A stretch of 64,000 nt of DNA from the NCBI GenBank assembly GCA_016201865.1, contig JACQCA010000081.1:9546-73545 (forward strand). Direction: 5' to 3'. Of the stretch, positions 1-9,175 are shown one piece after another. The translations under genes were made by a program, and so were the position numbers. The DNA comes from Nitrospirota bacterium. Lineage in GTDB: Bacteria; Nitrospirota; Nitrospiria; JACQBZ01. The notes under the pieces are model-generated. The model was not told the origin of the DNA, made no database searches, and saw only the letters and a program-made list of their open reading frames with translations. Numbering within the stretch: the stretch's first letter is position 1; each line of letters starts with the position of its first letter.

Positions 1-908
1 TCAAAGAAAGAACCGATCGGCACCGTCTCATTCAAATCCCTTTTTCGTGCCGATTGCAAATGGGCCGCGATGGAGGCCAAATCGGAAGCGATTCGTGAAG
101 TCGGCTCCAAAAAGGTCAGAGGAATCTTGGCGCCCAAGGAACGCTCGATGAGCGGATCCTCCGGGATCGTCCCGCACCCTTCCAACGATTTTCCGAGAAA
201 GCGAGCCGCCGCATCGCGTAATTTCTTCATCCCGGCCGCGCCATCGTCCCGCTCTCGATTCCCAAACGCGACCAGGCCGATGTGCATATCCGAACGGGCG
301 TGGTACAGGTATTTACAAACCTGATACGTCGGCAGAACGTTTTCCGGTCTGAGATCCGCGGCCAGGATGACACCCTGTCCGACCCTCGCCCATTCCCGGA
401 ATAAGGAATGATCTTGACCGTCCACATCGACCACCATCAGATCCGAGGCCTCCTCCTCTTTTCGGAGGATCTGGAGAAGAATTTCCTGCTCCTCGGGAGA
501 AAACGTCCGGAGTTCTTCCGGACGCAATCGGAAACTTAAGATCTTGATCCCGAGGGGACCCTCAATCGTGAGCTGCTTTTGCGGCTGTTCCAGCAAATCG
601 CATAACGACGGCCGGATCGGGACGGTTCCAAAGACCTCGTCCAGCGACGGTGGCGGCGCCGTCTCGATCGTCAAGACCCGCCGTCCGCCGCGCGCCCACT
701 CCACGGAAAGGTTGGCCGCCAAAAAGGCCGACGGCAGTTTGGGCACAAGGCTCACGGTCAGCCAAATCTTGGTCTGCGGGAGCGCGGAATGTTCAGGCTG
801 CCGATCCGACGGTTTTACGACCTTCGACGACGGCAATGGAGCGGAACGGGACAGAAAGAAATGCGAAATGTCATCGAGGCTCTTCCCCAACCTTTTCTTA
901 GAACTCAT
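1..908 (-). CDS. ParA/MinD-fold protein with degenerate Walker A. Partial: the 3' end runs off the left edge.
   Basis: Minus-strand ORF found by manual translation. It is absent from the ORF track because no stop falls inside the window. Its ATG overlaps the parA stop (ATGA at 905-908). The N-terminus reads MSSKKRLGKSLDD. The central region aligns to ParA, but the P-loop KGGxGKT is replaced by VPKLPSAF (KIWLTVSLVPKLPSAFLAANL...RRVLTIE). Confidence 0.45.
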   Translation of the reverse strand, partial: MSSKKRLGKSLDDISHFFLSRSAPLPSSKVVKPSDRQPEHSALPQTKIWLTVSLVPKLPSAFLAANLSVEWARGGRRVLTIETAPPPSLDEVFGTVPIRPSLCDLLEQPQKQLTIEGPLGIKILSFRLRPEELRTFSPEEQEILLQILRKEEEASDLMVVDVDGQDHSLFREWARVGQGVILAADLRPENVLPTYQVCKYLYHARSDMHIGLVAFGNRERDDGAAGMKKLRDAAARFLGKSLEGCGTIPEDPLIERSLGAKIPLTFLEPTSRIASDLASIAAHLQSARKRDLNETVPIGSFF

Positions 909-1807
909 CCTTGGGCCCCTGATTTGAAGACGGATCGATCGGGCAGATCGGTCAGTATTTCCTCAATGAGAATCGGTCCCAAAAATTTCCCGGCCTCGAA
1001 CGCATGGCGATCCGATGCGGCTTGGACCGTCGTCGCGCCGGCCGAAAACGTCGCCTCCAGCGCAACGACTTCCTGGGCCAGGGACAGGTAATCCAAGGTC
1101 CCGTTTGCGCCGGGATCGTACTCGGTGATCGGCGAACCGTGGCTGGCGGCCTCCCGCAGCTTGACGTTGTTGCGGATCGTCGTCTTGAAGGTGCGGTCCT
1201 CAAAATGCCTCTGGATTTCGTTCAACACCTCCTGAGTAAAACGCATCCGCGGATTGACCATCGTCGCCAAGGCCCGCACCGTCACTTCATGACCGGTATG
1301 CCGGTGGAGGAGATCGACGATCTCGATCAGTTTGGCCAAACCGTGGAGCGAAAAGAAACCCATCTCGATCGGGACGATGGCCTCGTCGCTGGCGCGCAAG
1401 GCATTGAAGGTCAAGAGGCTCAGGCTGGGCGGCGAATCGATGAGGACGTAATGATAGGAACGTTTGGAAGAACGGATGGCCGAAAGCAATCGCTGTTCCT
1501 TCTGCAGGACCGTCGCCAGAAGCTGCTCAGCCGAACTGAGCGTCACATTGGCGGGCGCCACATCCAGGTTCGGGACGACCGATTCGCAGATCACATCGTC
1601 CAGGTAGGTCCCTTGCGTTAAAACCTCCGTCATTCCTTTTAAAAGATTTTCCGGTTTGAGATTGAGTCCGAGCGAGGCGTGGCCCTGGGGATCCAGATCG
1701 ATCAGAAGCACACGCCTCTCGAGTCGCGCAAGGCATGCCGCGAGATTGATGGCCGTTGTCGTCTTGCCGCAGCCCCCTTTTTGATTGATAATCGCAATCG
1801 TGCGCAT
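905..1807 (-). CDS. parA: Chromosome partitioning ATPase ParA/Soj
   Basis: Deviant Walker A IAIINQKGGCGKTTTAINLAACLA is followed by DLDPQGHAS. Length is 300 aa. Confidence 0.9.
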   Translation of the reverse strand: MRTIAIINQKGGCGKTTTAINLAACLARLERRVLLIDLDPQGHASLGLNLKPENLLKGMTEVLTQGTYLDDVICESVVPNLDVAPANVTLSSAEQLLATVLQKEQRLLSAIRSSKRSYHYVLIDSPPSLSLLTFNALRASDEAIVPIEMGFFSLHGLAKLIEIVDLLHRHTGHEVTVRALATMVNPRMRFTQEVLNEIQRHFEDRTFKTTIRNNVKLREAASHGSPITEYDPGANGTLDYLSLAQEVVALEATFSAGATTVQAASDRHAFEAGKFLGPILIEEILTDLPDRSVFKSGAQG

Positions 1808-1867
1808 ACGTTCCTCCTCTCAGTATCGGTAAACTCCCCGACGCCCGACGGGCCCGGGATCCCCATC

Positions 1868-1896
1868 GGATGATTTCATCATCCGATAACCGTTTT
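1868..1896. terminator. Perfect 10-bp inverted repeat ATCGGATGAT-TTC-ATCATCCGAT between merR-like and parA
   Basis: Palindrome read directly from the sequence. It is a terminator for the MerR-like gene or a parA operator. Confidence 0.4.
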
Positions 1897-1907
1897 ACGG
1901 AAAGGTC

Positions 1908-2393
1908 CTATGACGCCTGATCCATATCAACCGCTTGTTCGGGAGCGTGAATCTGGTGGATCTTCCGATATTTCTTGAGCTCCTCAACGCGCCTGTGCCA
2001 CTTATCCACGGCCTGTTGGACCTCGGCCACCTCAACGATCCATTCCTGGCCGGAAACCGCCTCAAAAACGGTTCCTTCGTAAAACACCAAGACCATTTCG
2101 CCCGTCGCGACGAGCGTCAATTCGGCCAGCGGCCGTTTGATCGTCGGAAGAAGCCGTTGAAGCTCCCCGATGCTTCGACGGATGCGCTGAAGCGAAATAC
2201 CGGCGTCCAATAATTTTTTGGCGGTCTTAAAAGAAACGAGGTCCTGGAAGGTGTAACGGGCGTGTCCCCCAGGCGTCCGCAAGCTGGGTTTGATCAAACC
2301 GGTCTGATCCCAGTGTTGTATTTGCCGCCGGGTCAGGCCGATGACCTCGCTCACCTCATGGGAAGTGAAGAACGATTTTTCACCTTGACTCAT
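1908..2393 (-). CDS. MerR-family HTH transcriptional regulator
   Basis: N-terminal HTH FTSHEVSEVIGLTRRQIQHWDQTGLIKPSLRTPGGHARYTFQDL. Length 161 aa with a C-terminal coiled region. Confidence 0.8.
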   Translation of the reverse strand: MSQGEKSFFTSHEVSEVIGLTRRQIQHWDQTGLIKPSLRTPGGHARYTFQDLVSFKTAKKLLDAGISLQRIRRSIGELQRLLPTIKRPLAELTLVATGEMVLVFYEGTVFEAVSGQEWIVEVAEVQQAVDKWHRRVEELKKYRKIHQIHAPEQAVDMDQAS

Positions 2394-2576
2394 TACTCGC
2401 TCATTGTTTCATTTTGGGTAGTTATAATATGCCGGGGCCCAAAAGTCAAGAAAAAAGCACATATTGTGGATAAGATGTGTAGTTTTTATGATAATGTAAT
2501 ACAACTATTTGATTTCTTTTAAGTTAAATTTAAAAAAGATATGCACAGCTCTGTGTGAATTTGATGAGAATCAATG
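2394..2576. promoter_or_regulatory. AT-rich (~30% GC) intergenic region upstream of the MerR-like gene
   Basis: A 180-bp AT-rich tract sits inside a 62% GC genome. It contains the imperfect inverted repeat CACATATTGTGGATAAGATGTG. Confidence 0.4.
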
Positions 2577-3296
2577 TTAGAGCGGTTTAACCGAGGAAAC
2601 AATCTCGGTCAGTCTCCCAATTGAGAGAACCCCCGCAGGTGCGTCGGGGGCCTGATCCCGATTCAGATAGATCGGGATTAACCCGGCCGATCGCGCGCCC
2701 GTCACGTCATCTTTTAAACTATCGCCGACATGAACCGCCTCGCCGGGGGCAAGCCGGTGTTGCTGAAGGGCCTTCTGAAAGATCTGGGCGTCCGGTTTTG
2801 CCGCGCCTTCTCCGCTGGAGATCTGGATGGAATCGAGATATTGAAAGATCTCAAGATCGGTGCAGACCGTCAAGATTCTGGAATCAAAATTGGAAATGAT
2901 GCCAAGAATAAATCCGGCCTTCTTAAGCTCCCGAAGCGCCTCCCGCGTTTCGGGATAGAGCTCCCATCCCCGGAGACCGGAAAAGGCTCTGAACACCTCT
3001 TCAAAATAGGCATTGAAGTTTCGGATCATTCCGACCCGTCGGAAGACTTCAAGCACAATGCGGCGCCACCACTCCCTTTCGGATCGCCTCAGAAGACCGG
3101 ACTGGATCCGCGAGAAGGCCAGCGGCGGCGCGCCGGAGAAGACCTCCTGAAACGTCCGCTCGATGGCCTCCGGCGTGGCCCTCACCCCGTACGGTCTGGC
3201 GATCTCCCAGTACACCTGCCCGACGCCGCCCCGGACCCGGAACAACGTTCCGACCGCGTCAAAAAAGATCGCCTTGGCATAGATCAACGGTGGCAT
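2577..3296 (-). CDS. HAD-superfamily hydrolase (subfamily IA-like)
   Basis: Motif I IFFDAVGTLF, motif GIISNFDSR and C-terminal GDSLKDDVTGA. Confidence 0.8.
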   Translation of the reverse strand: MPPLIYAKAIFFDAVGTLFRVRGGVGQVYWEIARPYGVRATPEAIERTFQEVFSGAPPLAFSRIQSGLLRRSEREWWRRIVLEVFRRVGMIRNFNAYFEEVFRAFSGLRGWELYPETREALRELKKAGFILGIISNFDSRILTVCTDLEIFQYLDSIQISSGEGAAKPDAQIFQKALQQHRLAPGEAVHVGDSLKDDVTGARSAGLIPIYLNRDQAPDAPAGVLSIGRLTEIVSSVKPL

Positions 3297-3299
3297 TTG

Positions 3300-3848
3300 T
3301 TATAAACGCGCCAGAACGCCGCGATTGACTTCCTCCGCCTTGGAACGTCCTTCCATCAACTCCACCAGTTTGATCGCAAACTCCATTGCGGTACCGGGAA
3401 ACCGACTGGTGACGATGAAGCCGTCGACGACAACACGATCCTCGCAATAGGTCGCTTCCGAGAGAACCGCCTTGACGGACGGATGGCTGGTCACCTTCTT
3501 GCCGCGGAGAAGCCCGGCCGCCGACAGCACCGTCGGCGCAGCACAGATCGCCGCGATATAATTTCCTTTGGCCGCCGTCTCTTGAAGGATTCGTTTGACG
3601 CGCGCATCGCTTTTCAGATGTTCCGCTCCGGCCGATCCGCCCGGCAGGACGACCATATCAAAGGCCTGATCAGCGACGGAATCCAGCAAGACATCCGGTT
3701 TGAGCTTGATCTTATTCCGACCCGCGATCTCTCCTTGGACCGTTCCGGCCACCGTCACCTCGATTCCGGCCCGACGAAGGATGTCGATCACCGTAACGGC
3801 TTCGATCTCCTCGAAACCCGGCGCCAACGGAACTAAAACCTTTTTCAT
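3300..3848 (-). CDS. DJ-1/PfpI (ThiJ) family protein
   Basis: KVLVPLAPGFEEIEAVTVIDILRRAG plus the nucleophile-elbow region IAAICAAPTVL. Length 182 aa. Confidence 0.85.
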   Translation of the reverse strand: MKKVLVPLAPGFEEIEAVTVIDILRRAGIEVTVAGTVQGEIAGRNKIKLKPDVLLDSVADQAFDMVVLPGGSAGAEHLKSDARVKRILQETAAKGNYIAAICAAPTVLSAAGLLRGKKVTSHPSVKAVLSEATYCEDRVVVDGFIVTSRFPGTAMEFAIKLVELMEGRSKAEEVNRGVLARL

Positions 3849-3936
3849 GGCTCACCTCCCTGTCATGAATCTATTGTAGGGAGCGGAAGGCATGGATGTC
3901 AATTTCATCCGGAGACCCGTGCGATGCGCACAAACG

Positions 3937-3975
3937 AAAGGCCCGCATTCTCTTCAGAGAATGCGGGCCTTATCT
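3937..3975 (-). terminator. Intrinsic terminator downstream of the rhodanese gene
   Basis: Perfect 16-bp arms AAGGCCCGCATTCTCT-TCAG-AGAGAATGCGGGCCTT, followed on the minus strand by a U-rich tract (TTTCGTTTG). Confidence 0.6.
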
Positions 3976-4007
3976 TGACCCGGCCGGCAAGCGCCTCTTC
4001 CAATCGA

Positions 4008-4397
4008 CTACCGGTAGCGGGGAATCTTGGGGTCAACCTGCAGCGACCAGGCATCGATTCCACCGGCCAGGTTCTTGACATTCTTAAACTGCTGTTCCTT
4101 CAGAAAACGGGTCGCCTTCAGGCTCCGGACTCCCATGTGGCAATAAACGACGATCTCGGCGGCCGGGTTGAGTTCGGTATAACGCCGGGTCAGCTCACCC
4201 AGTGGGACATGCACCGCCCCGTCCAAGCGGTTGATCGCAACTTCCCACGGTTCCCGAACATCCAGGAAGACGATCTTTTCACCCTGGTCCAGTTTCGTCT
4301 TGACATCCTGCGGGGACGCGTTCAAGGCCGAGTCAGATTGAAACAGATTGAAAAGCATGGTTTCATCATATAAGCGACCGATCCGCTTGGTCAACAC
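4008..4397 (-). CDS. Rhodanese-domain sulfurtransferase
   Basis: Rhodanese signature VVYCHMGVRSLKATRFL with catalytic Cys, and GGIDAW. Confidence 0.85.
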   Translation of the reverse strand: MLTKRIGRLYDETMLFNLFQSDSALNASPQDVKTKLDQGEKIVFLDVREPWEVAINRLDGAVHVPLGELTRRYTELNPAAEIVVYCHMGVRSLKATRFLKEQQFKNVKNLAGGIDAWSLQVDPKIPRYR

Positions 4398-4468
4398 CTT
4401 TTTTAAACAAAAGGCTCACCCGACCAAGCGTGAGCCTCTCTTGAAACAACACGGGACTGTCTCAATGC

Positions 4469-4834
4469 CTATGACTTCTTCAATCGGATCAGACGGGCCT
4501 GTTTCTTTCCATCGCGATCCCAATAGGTCACCGTCACCTCCGATTCCACTTTCAATCCGTCCAGTCGCAGGTGCTCACGACCCCTCTTGAGTTGCGTCTC
4601 GGGAGTGATTACGAAACTCTGTTCCCCGCGCCGGTTCTTAATGCTTAGGGTATGGGCCGTCAGGTCGACTGCCTTAACCGTCCCGCTGATCTGGTGCACG
4701 GCAGCCGTCTTCAGACGCCCGTCGATAACAGGCTTGACCTCCAATGAACTGGATGTTAGTTGTTGAGCCGCCACCGGACCGACCAAAAGAAAACTGAAAA
4801 GACCCGAAGCAAAAAACGCCAAGATACGATACAT
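4469..4834 (-). CDS. Secreted small beta-rich protein of unknown function
   Basis: Signal peptide MYRILAFFASGLFSFLLVGPVAAQQ. Length 121 aa. Confidence 0.5.
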   Translation of the reverse strand: MYRILAFFASGLFSFLLVGPVAAQQLTSSSLEVKPVIDGRLKTAAVHQISGTVKAVDLTAHTLSIKNRRGEQSFVITPETQLKRGREHLRLDGLKVESEVTVTYWDRDGKKQARLIRLKKS

Positions 4835-5094
4835 ACGTCACCTCCTATGGTTGTTGGACTCCGTTCTGAATTTGTCCCGTGCGCTGAGAGCAGATTGCAG
4901 GGTCTGTGCCAGGCCTTACCGCGGAGGACGGCTTGGAATGTAATGTGATAAAATCCGGAGGGTTACTCTAAAATGGAGAGTTTGAATGGGTCGATGTCAG
5001 GAAGGGTTGATGTGACTGATCATTCAGGTCGGAAGTCAGAATAGGTCACCCGCGTTCACACCGATGGGTGGACTGAGAATTCGGACCGAGCAAC

Positions 5095-5277
5095 CTAATA
5101 GTCGGTCCCGCGGCGGCGATTCTCTTCTTCTTTCAGGTCCTGCATCCCCTTTTCGGAATCCTGTTTGATCCTCTCGCGATCGGGACGCTCGGGCGGTGTC
5201 GAGGCGCAGCCGCCGATCAAAACCGTCAAGAGGACTCCGACGAGCACGACTCCCGTTCTAATCTGGCGTGGTCTCAT
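5095..5277 (-). CDS. Small lipoprotein
   Basis: Lipobox LIGGCAS. Length 60 aa. Its ATG overlaps the upstream gene's stop. Confidence 0.45.
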   Translation of the reverse strand: MRPRQIRTGVVLVGVLLTVLIGGCASTPPERPDRERIKQDSEKGMQDLKEEENRRRGTDY

Positions 5278-6395
5278 TTTTCTTCCTTTCCATAGATGAA
5301 CTCGGCGATCTGACGGCCGACCTCGTCCGCCACCTCTTGCTCAGCCGTCCGCAATGCGCGGGCCTCGGCCTCCGAGGCCGTCAGGTGTCCCTCGCGCCCC
5401 CGCCGCGCGACACTGCCGATCACTTGCCGTGATGCCTCATCGGTCAGATCAAACGCCGCCGACCACCGGACAAAGTGCGTCGGCTGCGGTCCGCTCGCGG
5501 GCATCTCCACTGACTCAAATGTCACCGCGCCTTTCACCACCAAATCGGGATGCAGATCGGGGGCGGCGACGCCGGCCGAAGCGACCGGCAACCCCTGCCG
5601 GTTCAACCCTTCCACGATCGCGGCACGAATCCGGTCATTGTGCGGACCGTCCACCTCCACCATGATCTTGAAATTCTTCGCCAAGAATTGGCGAAGGTCC
5701 TGACTGATCACGGCCAGGCTGACCACCGCCTCGGAACCCCTGCCCGTCGGATTGACGACGCGGAGCTCCGTGTTATAGGCGTCGCGCAGCAGAAGATTCT
5801 CGACCGCCGAATGAAGGGCCCGAACCGTCTGAAGTTTGTTTTCGGACTGCCGGGTCTGTTTTAAAAGCTCTTCCACCTTGAGATCCAGCGAGGTGATCCG
5901 ATCCCGCAAGGCCGATGCGGCATGCTGCCGGTCCATGACGGCCAGCGCATAATAGACCGCCTTGGACTCATCCAGCCAGGTCTCTGCGATCGTCACGTTC
6001 TCCAGCACCTTCTTGGTCGAGACCTCCGTCGCCTGCTCGATATTGATCTGCCGGCTGTCCTCCGTCCGTCCTTTGGCGTCCGACTGGAGATATTTTTCCC
6101 ATTCCTGCGTCTTGGAATTGATCTCGGCCGCAAAGATCTTTGAGATCGCAGCATAGGCCCGGTCTTCCGCCGCCTGACGGGTATCCGCATAGCCGACGCC
6201 GGTCAGGTACATGGCGGCGGGATATTTTTTGCTCGATCCGTTGACCCAATCCGGCGGGCTTGCGGCGCCAACGAGGTCGGCCCAGCCGAGAAACACGGAT
6301 AGTCCGGCGACCCCAATACCCAAAGCGCGCAAACCGCGACGTGAACCATGCCGACTGATCCTATCGATATCCATAACGTCTTCCTCTCGTCTCAT
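5274..6395 (-). CDS. LPP20-domain lipoprotein, long form with a C-terminal extension
   Basis: LPP20-like segment YLTGVGYADTRQAAEDRAYAAISKIFAAEI. It is paralogous to the ORF at 8515..9114. Confidence 0.6.
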   Translation of the reverse strand: MRREEDVMDIDRISRHGSRRGLRALGIGVAGLSVFLGWADLVGAASPPDWVNGSSKKYPAAMYLTGVGYADTRQAAEDRAYAAISKIFAAEINSKTQEWEKYLQSDAKGRTEDSRQINIEQATEVSTKKVLENVTIAETWLDESKAVYYALAVMDRQHAASALRDRITSLDLKVEELLKQTRQSENKLQTVRALHSAVENLLLRDAYNTELRVVNPTGRGSEAVVSLAVISQDLRQFLAKNFKIMVEVDGPHNDRIRAAIVEGLNRQGLPVASAGVAAPDLHPDLVVKGAVTFESVEMPASGPQPTHFVRWSAAFDLTDEASRQVIGSVARRGREGHLTASEAEARALRTAEQEVADEVGRQIAEFIYGKEEK

Positions 6396-7796
6396 TTAAC
6401 GTCCGAGCACGCGGTATCCCAAGAACCGTTTCCCACCGGCTTTCAACGTCACCGGCGGAAAGGTCTTGCGCTCGATGAATCCGCCGCTCGGTTCGTAATA
6501 TTCCACCGAAACGGTATATGTCCCCGGTGGGGCGACCAGCCGGGCCAATTGGATCTCACCCGGCAGCGTACGCCAACTGCGTTTGTCCGACTGTTCCGAG
6601 GCAATCGAATAGATATTCGTTCCCACATCCGCAAGGAAACCGGCGAGCGGATTATCGTCCGTTTTTTTGGCCACCTCTTTCCGGAGGGCCCGGGACGCCA
6701 GGTATTTCGCCGTGGCGCGGGCAATCGCCTTGGCCGTAATCCGACCGATGCGGTCCTCTAAATTCTTTTTGGCGATGGCCGTGACATCCTCGGCCAGGAA
6801 GGACCGCTGAGAGACGGCGCCGCCCGATCCGGTTCCGCCGCCGTCGCCCGGAATAAGATGGACCTCGGCCGTTTTGACGCGGTTCGGAAGCGGCACAAAT
6901 TTCGGGAGGGCCACGCGAAGGAGATAGGTTCCCCGTTTTCCGTCCGGTATCGGGGCATCGATGAAGAAATCCTCCTTGACCGGAGACCGTCCGGTGTAGC
7001 TGACGAAGACCAGCTCGCTTTGACCTTTTAACTCTTTTTCGGTCATCCAGCGCGTATCCGGAAACTGTTTGAGATAGTCCTGATGCTCTTCCGAGAAATG
7101 AAGGGCCTCGGTGACTCTCAGGAGGTCGGCCGGAAGCATCGGCGGCATCGGCGTGGCGTAGTTCTTTCGGTAATCGCCGTAGGCCTCATACGCCTTGCGG
7201 TACGAGATGAAGGCATCGTTCAGTTCCCCCTTTGCCTCATAGAGAATGCCGCTCAGATACTGGGCCAGCGCATCCTGCTTGTAGACATTTTTCTTTTCAT
7301 ACTTGTCGTTGAAGAGGTTGAGCTTGTGGTCCACCTTCCGGGCCTCGACCAGCGCCTCGTCCCACTGTCCCCAATAGACATAATTGAGCGCTGCAATCAC
7401 ATTGATCATGACCTTCTCGAAATCCTCGCCTTCGTAAGGCAGGGTGTTGTCGTTGGTCAACATGGCGCCGGCCTCGGCCGAGACGCTCTTGGTGTAGAGC
7501 TCGTCGATCCGGTTCTCGGCCTGGGCAAGGACTTGATTGCTCTCGGCGTATCGGCCGGCCAGATGCAGCATCATGCCCCGATCGAAATCGTACAGGACGG
7601 CGTTGCGCTCACCGTAGTCGGCCTTGTGTTTTACGATCACGGCATCGGCCTCGGCAAACTGCTGCCGGGACTGCATGGCGTCCACCTGGACGTAATGTTG
7701 GACGGCCGGTCCGCAACCCGAGAGGATCGGCAGAGCGACGAGGACAAGGACCGACATCGGCGACGGCGCAACGCGCCGGCAAATCAGCGTGAACAT
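6396..7796 (-). CDS. Lipoprotein with a TPR-like N-terminal domain; member of the LPP20/LpoB envelope cluster
   Basis: Signal peptide with lipobox ILSGCG. Length 466 aa with Tyr/Lys-rich helical repeats. Confidence 0.55.
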   Translation of the reverse strand: MFTLICRRVAPSPMSVLVLVALPILSGCGPAVQHYVQVDAMQSRQQFAEADAVIVKHKADYGERNAVLYDFDRGMMLHLAGRYAESNQVLAQAENRIDELYTKSVSAEAGAMLTNDNTLPYEGEDFEKVMINVIAALNYVYWGQWDEALVEARKVDHKLNLFNDKYEKKNVYKQDALAQYLSGILYEAKGELNDAFISYRKAYEAYGDYRKNYATPMPPMLPADLLRVTEALHFSEEHQDYLKQFPDTRWMTEKELKGQSELVFVSYTGRSPVKEDFFIDAPIPDGKRGTYLLRVALPKFVPLPNRVKTAEVHLIPGDGGGTGSGGAVSQRSFLAEDVTAIAKKNLEDRIGRITAKAIARATAKYLASRALRKEVAKKTDDNPLAGFLADVGTNIYSIASEQSDKRSWRTLPGEIQLARLVAPPGTYTVSVEYYEPSGGFIERKTFPPVTLKAGGKRFLGYRVLGR

Positions 7797-7802
7797 GGAT
7801 GC

Positions 7803-7833
7803 GGCTCTTTAGGGGGAACAGATTTCAAATCTG
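7803..7833. repeat. Family A palindromic element (imperfect copy) filling the intercistronic spacer
   Basis: GGGGGAACAGATTTCAAATCTGTCCTCTCCC. The whole 47-bp gap between the LpoB-like stop (7844) and the next gene's start (7796) is this hairpin. Confidence 0.7.
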
Positions 7834-7843
7834 TCCTCTCCCA

Positions 7844-8485
7844 TTAGAATCCGAGACGGCTTTTTTCGATGATCTTTTTAATTTTTTTCTGCCCGGACCA
7901 GACCTTCAGGTTTTTCTCGACATCAAAGAGTTCCAGGTCCACCTGGTAGAAAACAACCTTGGTTCCTTTCTCTTCATCCAAAATCGAATTGATCGTGCCC
8001 TTGAGCATGTAGTCGGCGCCGATCTCCTTTCCCAAGCCTTTGGCCGTCTCCTCAGAAGACTGGGATTGCTGCTCCTGACGCTCCTCACGAATCTCCTCGC
8101 GCTCGGATTTGGACGCGACGAACTGAACACGGCCGTCGTTCGTCAATTCGCGTTCCAGGTCTTTGGTAAAGGTCTGGACGCTGATGTGTTCGTTGCTCCG
8201 GTTCGTCACGGTTCCCACGATCACGGTCGGTGCTTTGGCGCCATGCTGCTTGGAAAACCGATCGAGCCACGGCCGGGACAACACGTCCTTGATCATCTCC
8301 TCGGCCACGAGGCGGGAATCGGTGTCGTTCCATCGGCCGGACAGATCGGTCGCCTTCTCGACCCCGACCCGTTCGACCTTCGTCGTCGCGCAGCCGATCA
8401 GGCCCGTAAGCGTCAGAACCGTCAAAAGGCCGATCCATCGCATCGAACGTATTCCGAAAACGGTTTTCAAAGAGATCCTTTCCAT
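7844..8485 (-). CDS. LpoB-like (COG3417) lipoprotein
   Basis: Lipobox LTGLIGCATT. PTVIVGTVTNRSNEHIS...ADYMLKGTI parallels E. coli LpoB GSVLLVDSVNNRTNGSL...AHYVLYSS. Confidence 0.65.
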   Translation of the reverse strand: MERISLKTVFGIRSMRWIGLLTVLTLTGLIGCATTKVERVGVEKATDLSGRWNDTDSRLVAEEMIKDVLSRPWLDRFSKQHGAKAPTVIVGTVTNRSNEHISVQTFTKDLERELTNDGRVQFVASKSEREEIREERQEQQSQSSEETAKGLGKEIGADYMLKGTINSILDEEKGTKVVFYQVDLELFDVEKNLKVWSGQKKIKKIIEKSRLGF

Positions 8486-8514
8486 TTTCCCCTCCTTCTA
8501 AATCATCGTCGTGG

Positions 8515-9114
8515 CTACCGAGCCCGCTTCTCCTCTTCGGCCGCAAGGCCCTCGAAAGACTTTTCCGCGTTCTTCTTCACATAATCCCGCACGGCGGAGT
8601 TCAGCTCTTTGATCTTATCCAGGCTGTTCTTGAAGTTCTCCAGATCCAGACGGGCCAGAGAGTAGAGCGTCCCGTCCGAAGGATCGGTCCAGTGGTCGAT
8701 GATCATCACCCCGTTCAAGGTCGCCGACGAGAAGGTCTTGATCGCCTGCTCGACATACTGTTCCTCGCTCGTCGCCGAGGCGCCGGTCACGGCCCCTCCG
8801 CCCGTCGTGGAGGCGGCGTAATCTTTCATCAACGACGCGGTGTAGGTTTCGAAAATCTTGGCGATCTGGGCGCGGGCCCGGTCCTCCGAAGCGGTCTGGG
8901 CCAGCGGTTTGTTCCGGACTCCGGTAATCGCCCCGACCCCATAGAATACCTTATTGCCTGCATCTTTGAAGGCCCCGCTTCCTTTAGTCACCCATTCCGG
9001 CGGCTGGGCGGCGGACGGCGCGGCCTGCTTACCGGCGCAACCCGTCATGGAAATCGGCAACAGGACCGATAGAACAATACCGAGCATAATGACGCTGGGA
9101 TTCTTTCGCTTCAT
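8515..9114 (-). CDS. LPP20-family lipoprotein
   Basis: Lipobox SMTGCAG. LPP20 segment FYGVGAITGVRNKPLAQTASEDRARAQIAKIF. Confidence 0.7.
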   Translation of the reverse strand: MKRKNPSVIMLGIVLSVLLPISMTGCAGKQAAPSAAQPPEWVTKGSGAFKDAGNKVFYGVGAITGVRNKPLAQTASEDRARAQIAKIFETYTASLMKDYAASTTGGGAVTGASATSEEQYVEQAIKTFSSATLNGVMIIDHWTDPSDGTLYSLARLDLENFKNSLDKIKELNSAVRDYVKKNAEKSFEGLAAEEEKRAR

Positions 9115-9175
9115 GGCTTCCTCCTTTTGACATCGTTGTTTAATGCAATCGACCCTGGGTCTATATGAAGTCTAT

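Noticed and set aside
3120-3140. Other GGCGCGCC-containing stretches that look like family B palindromes
   Set aside because: These are only the trivially palindromic CGGCGCGCCG core inside the HAD gene. They lack the flanking TAGGGGC...GCCCCTA arms.
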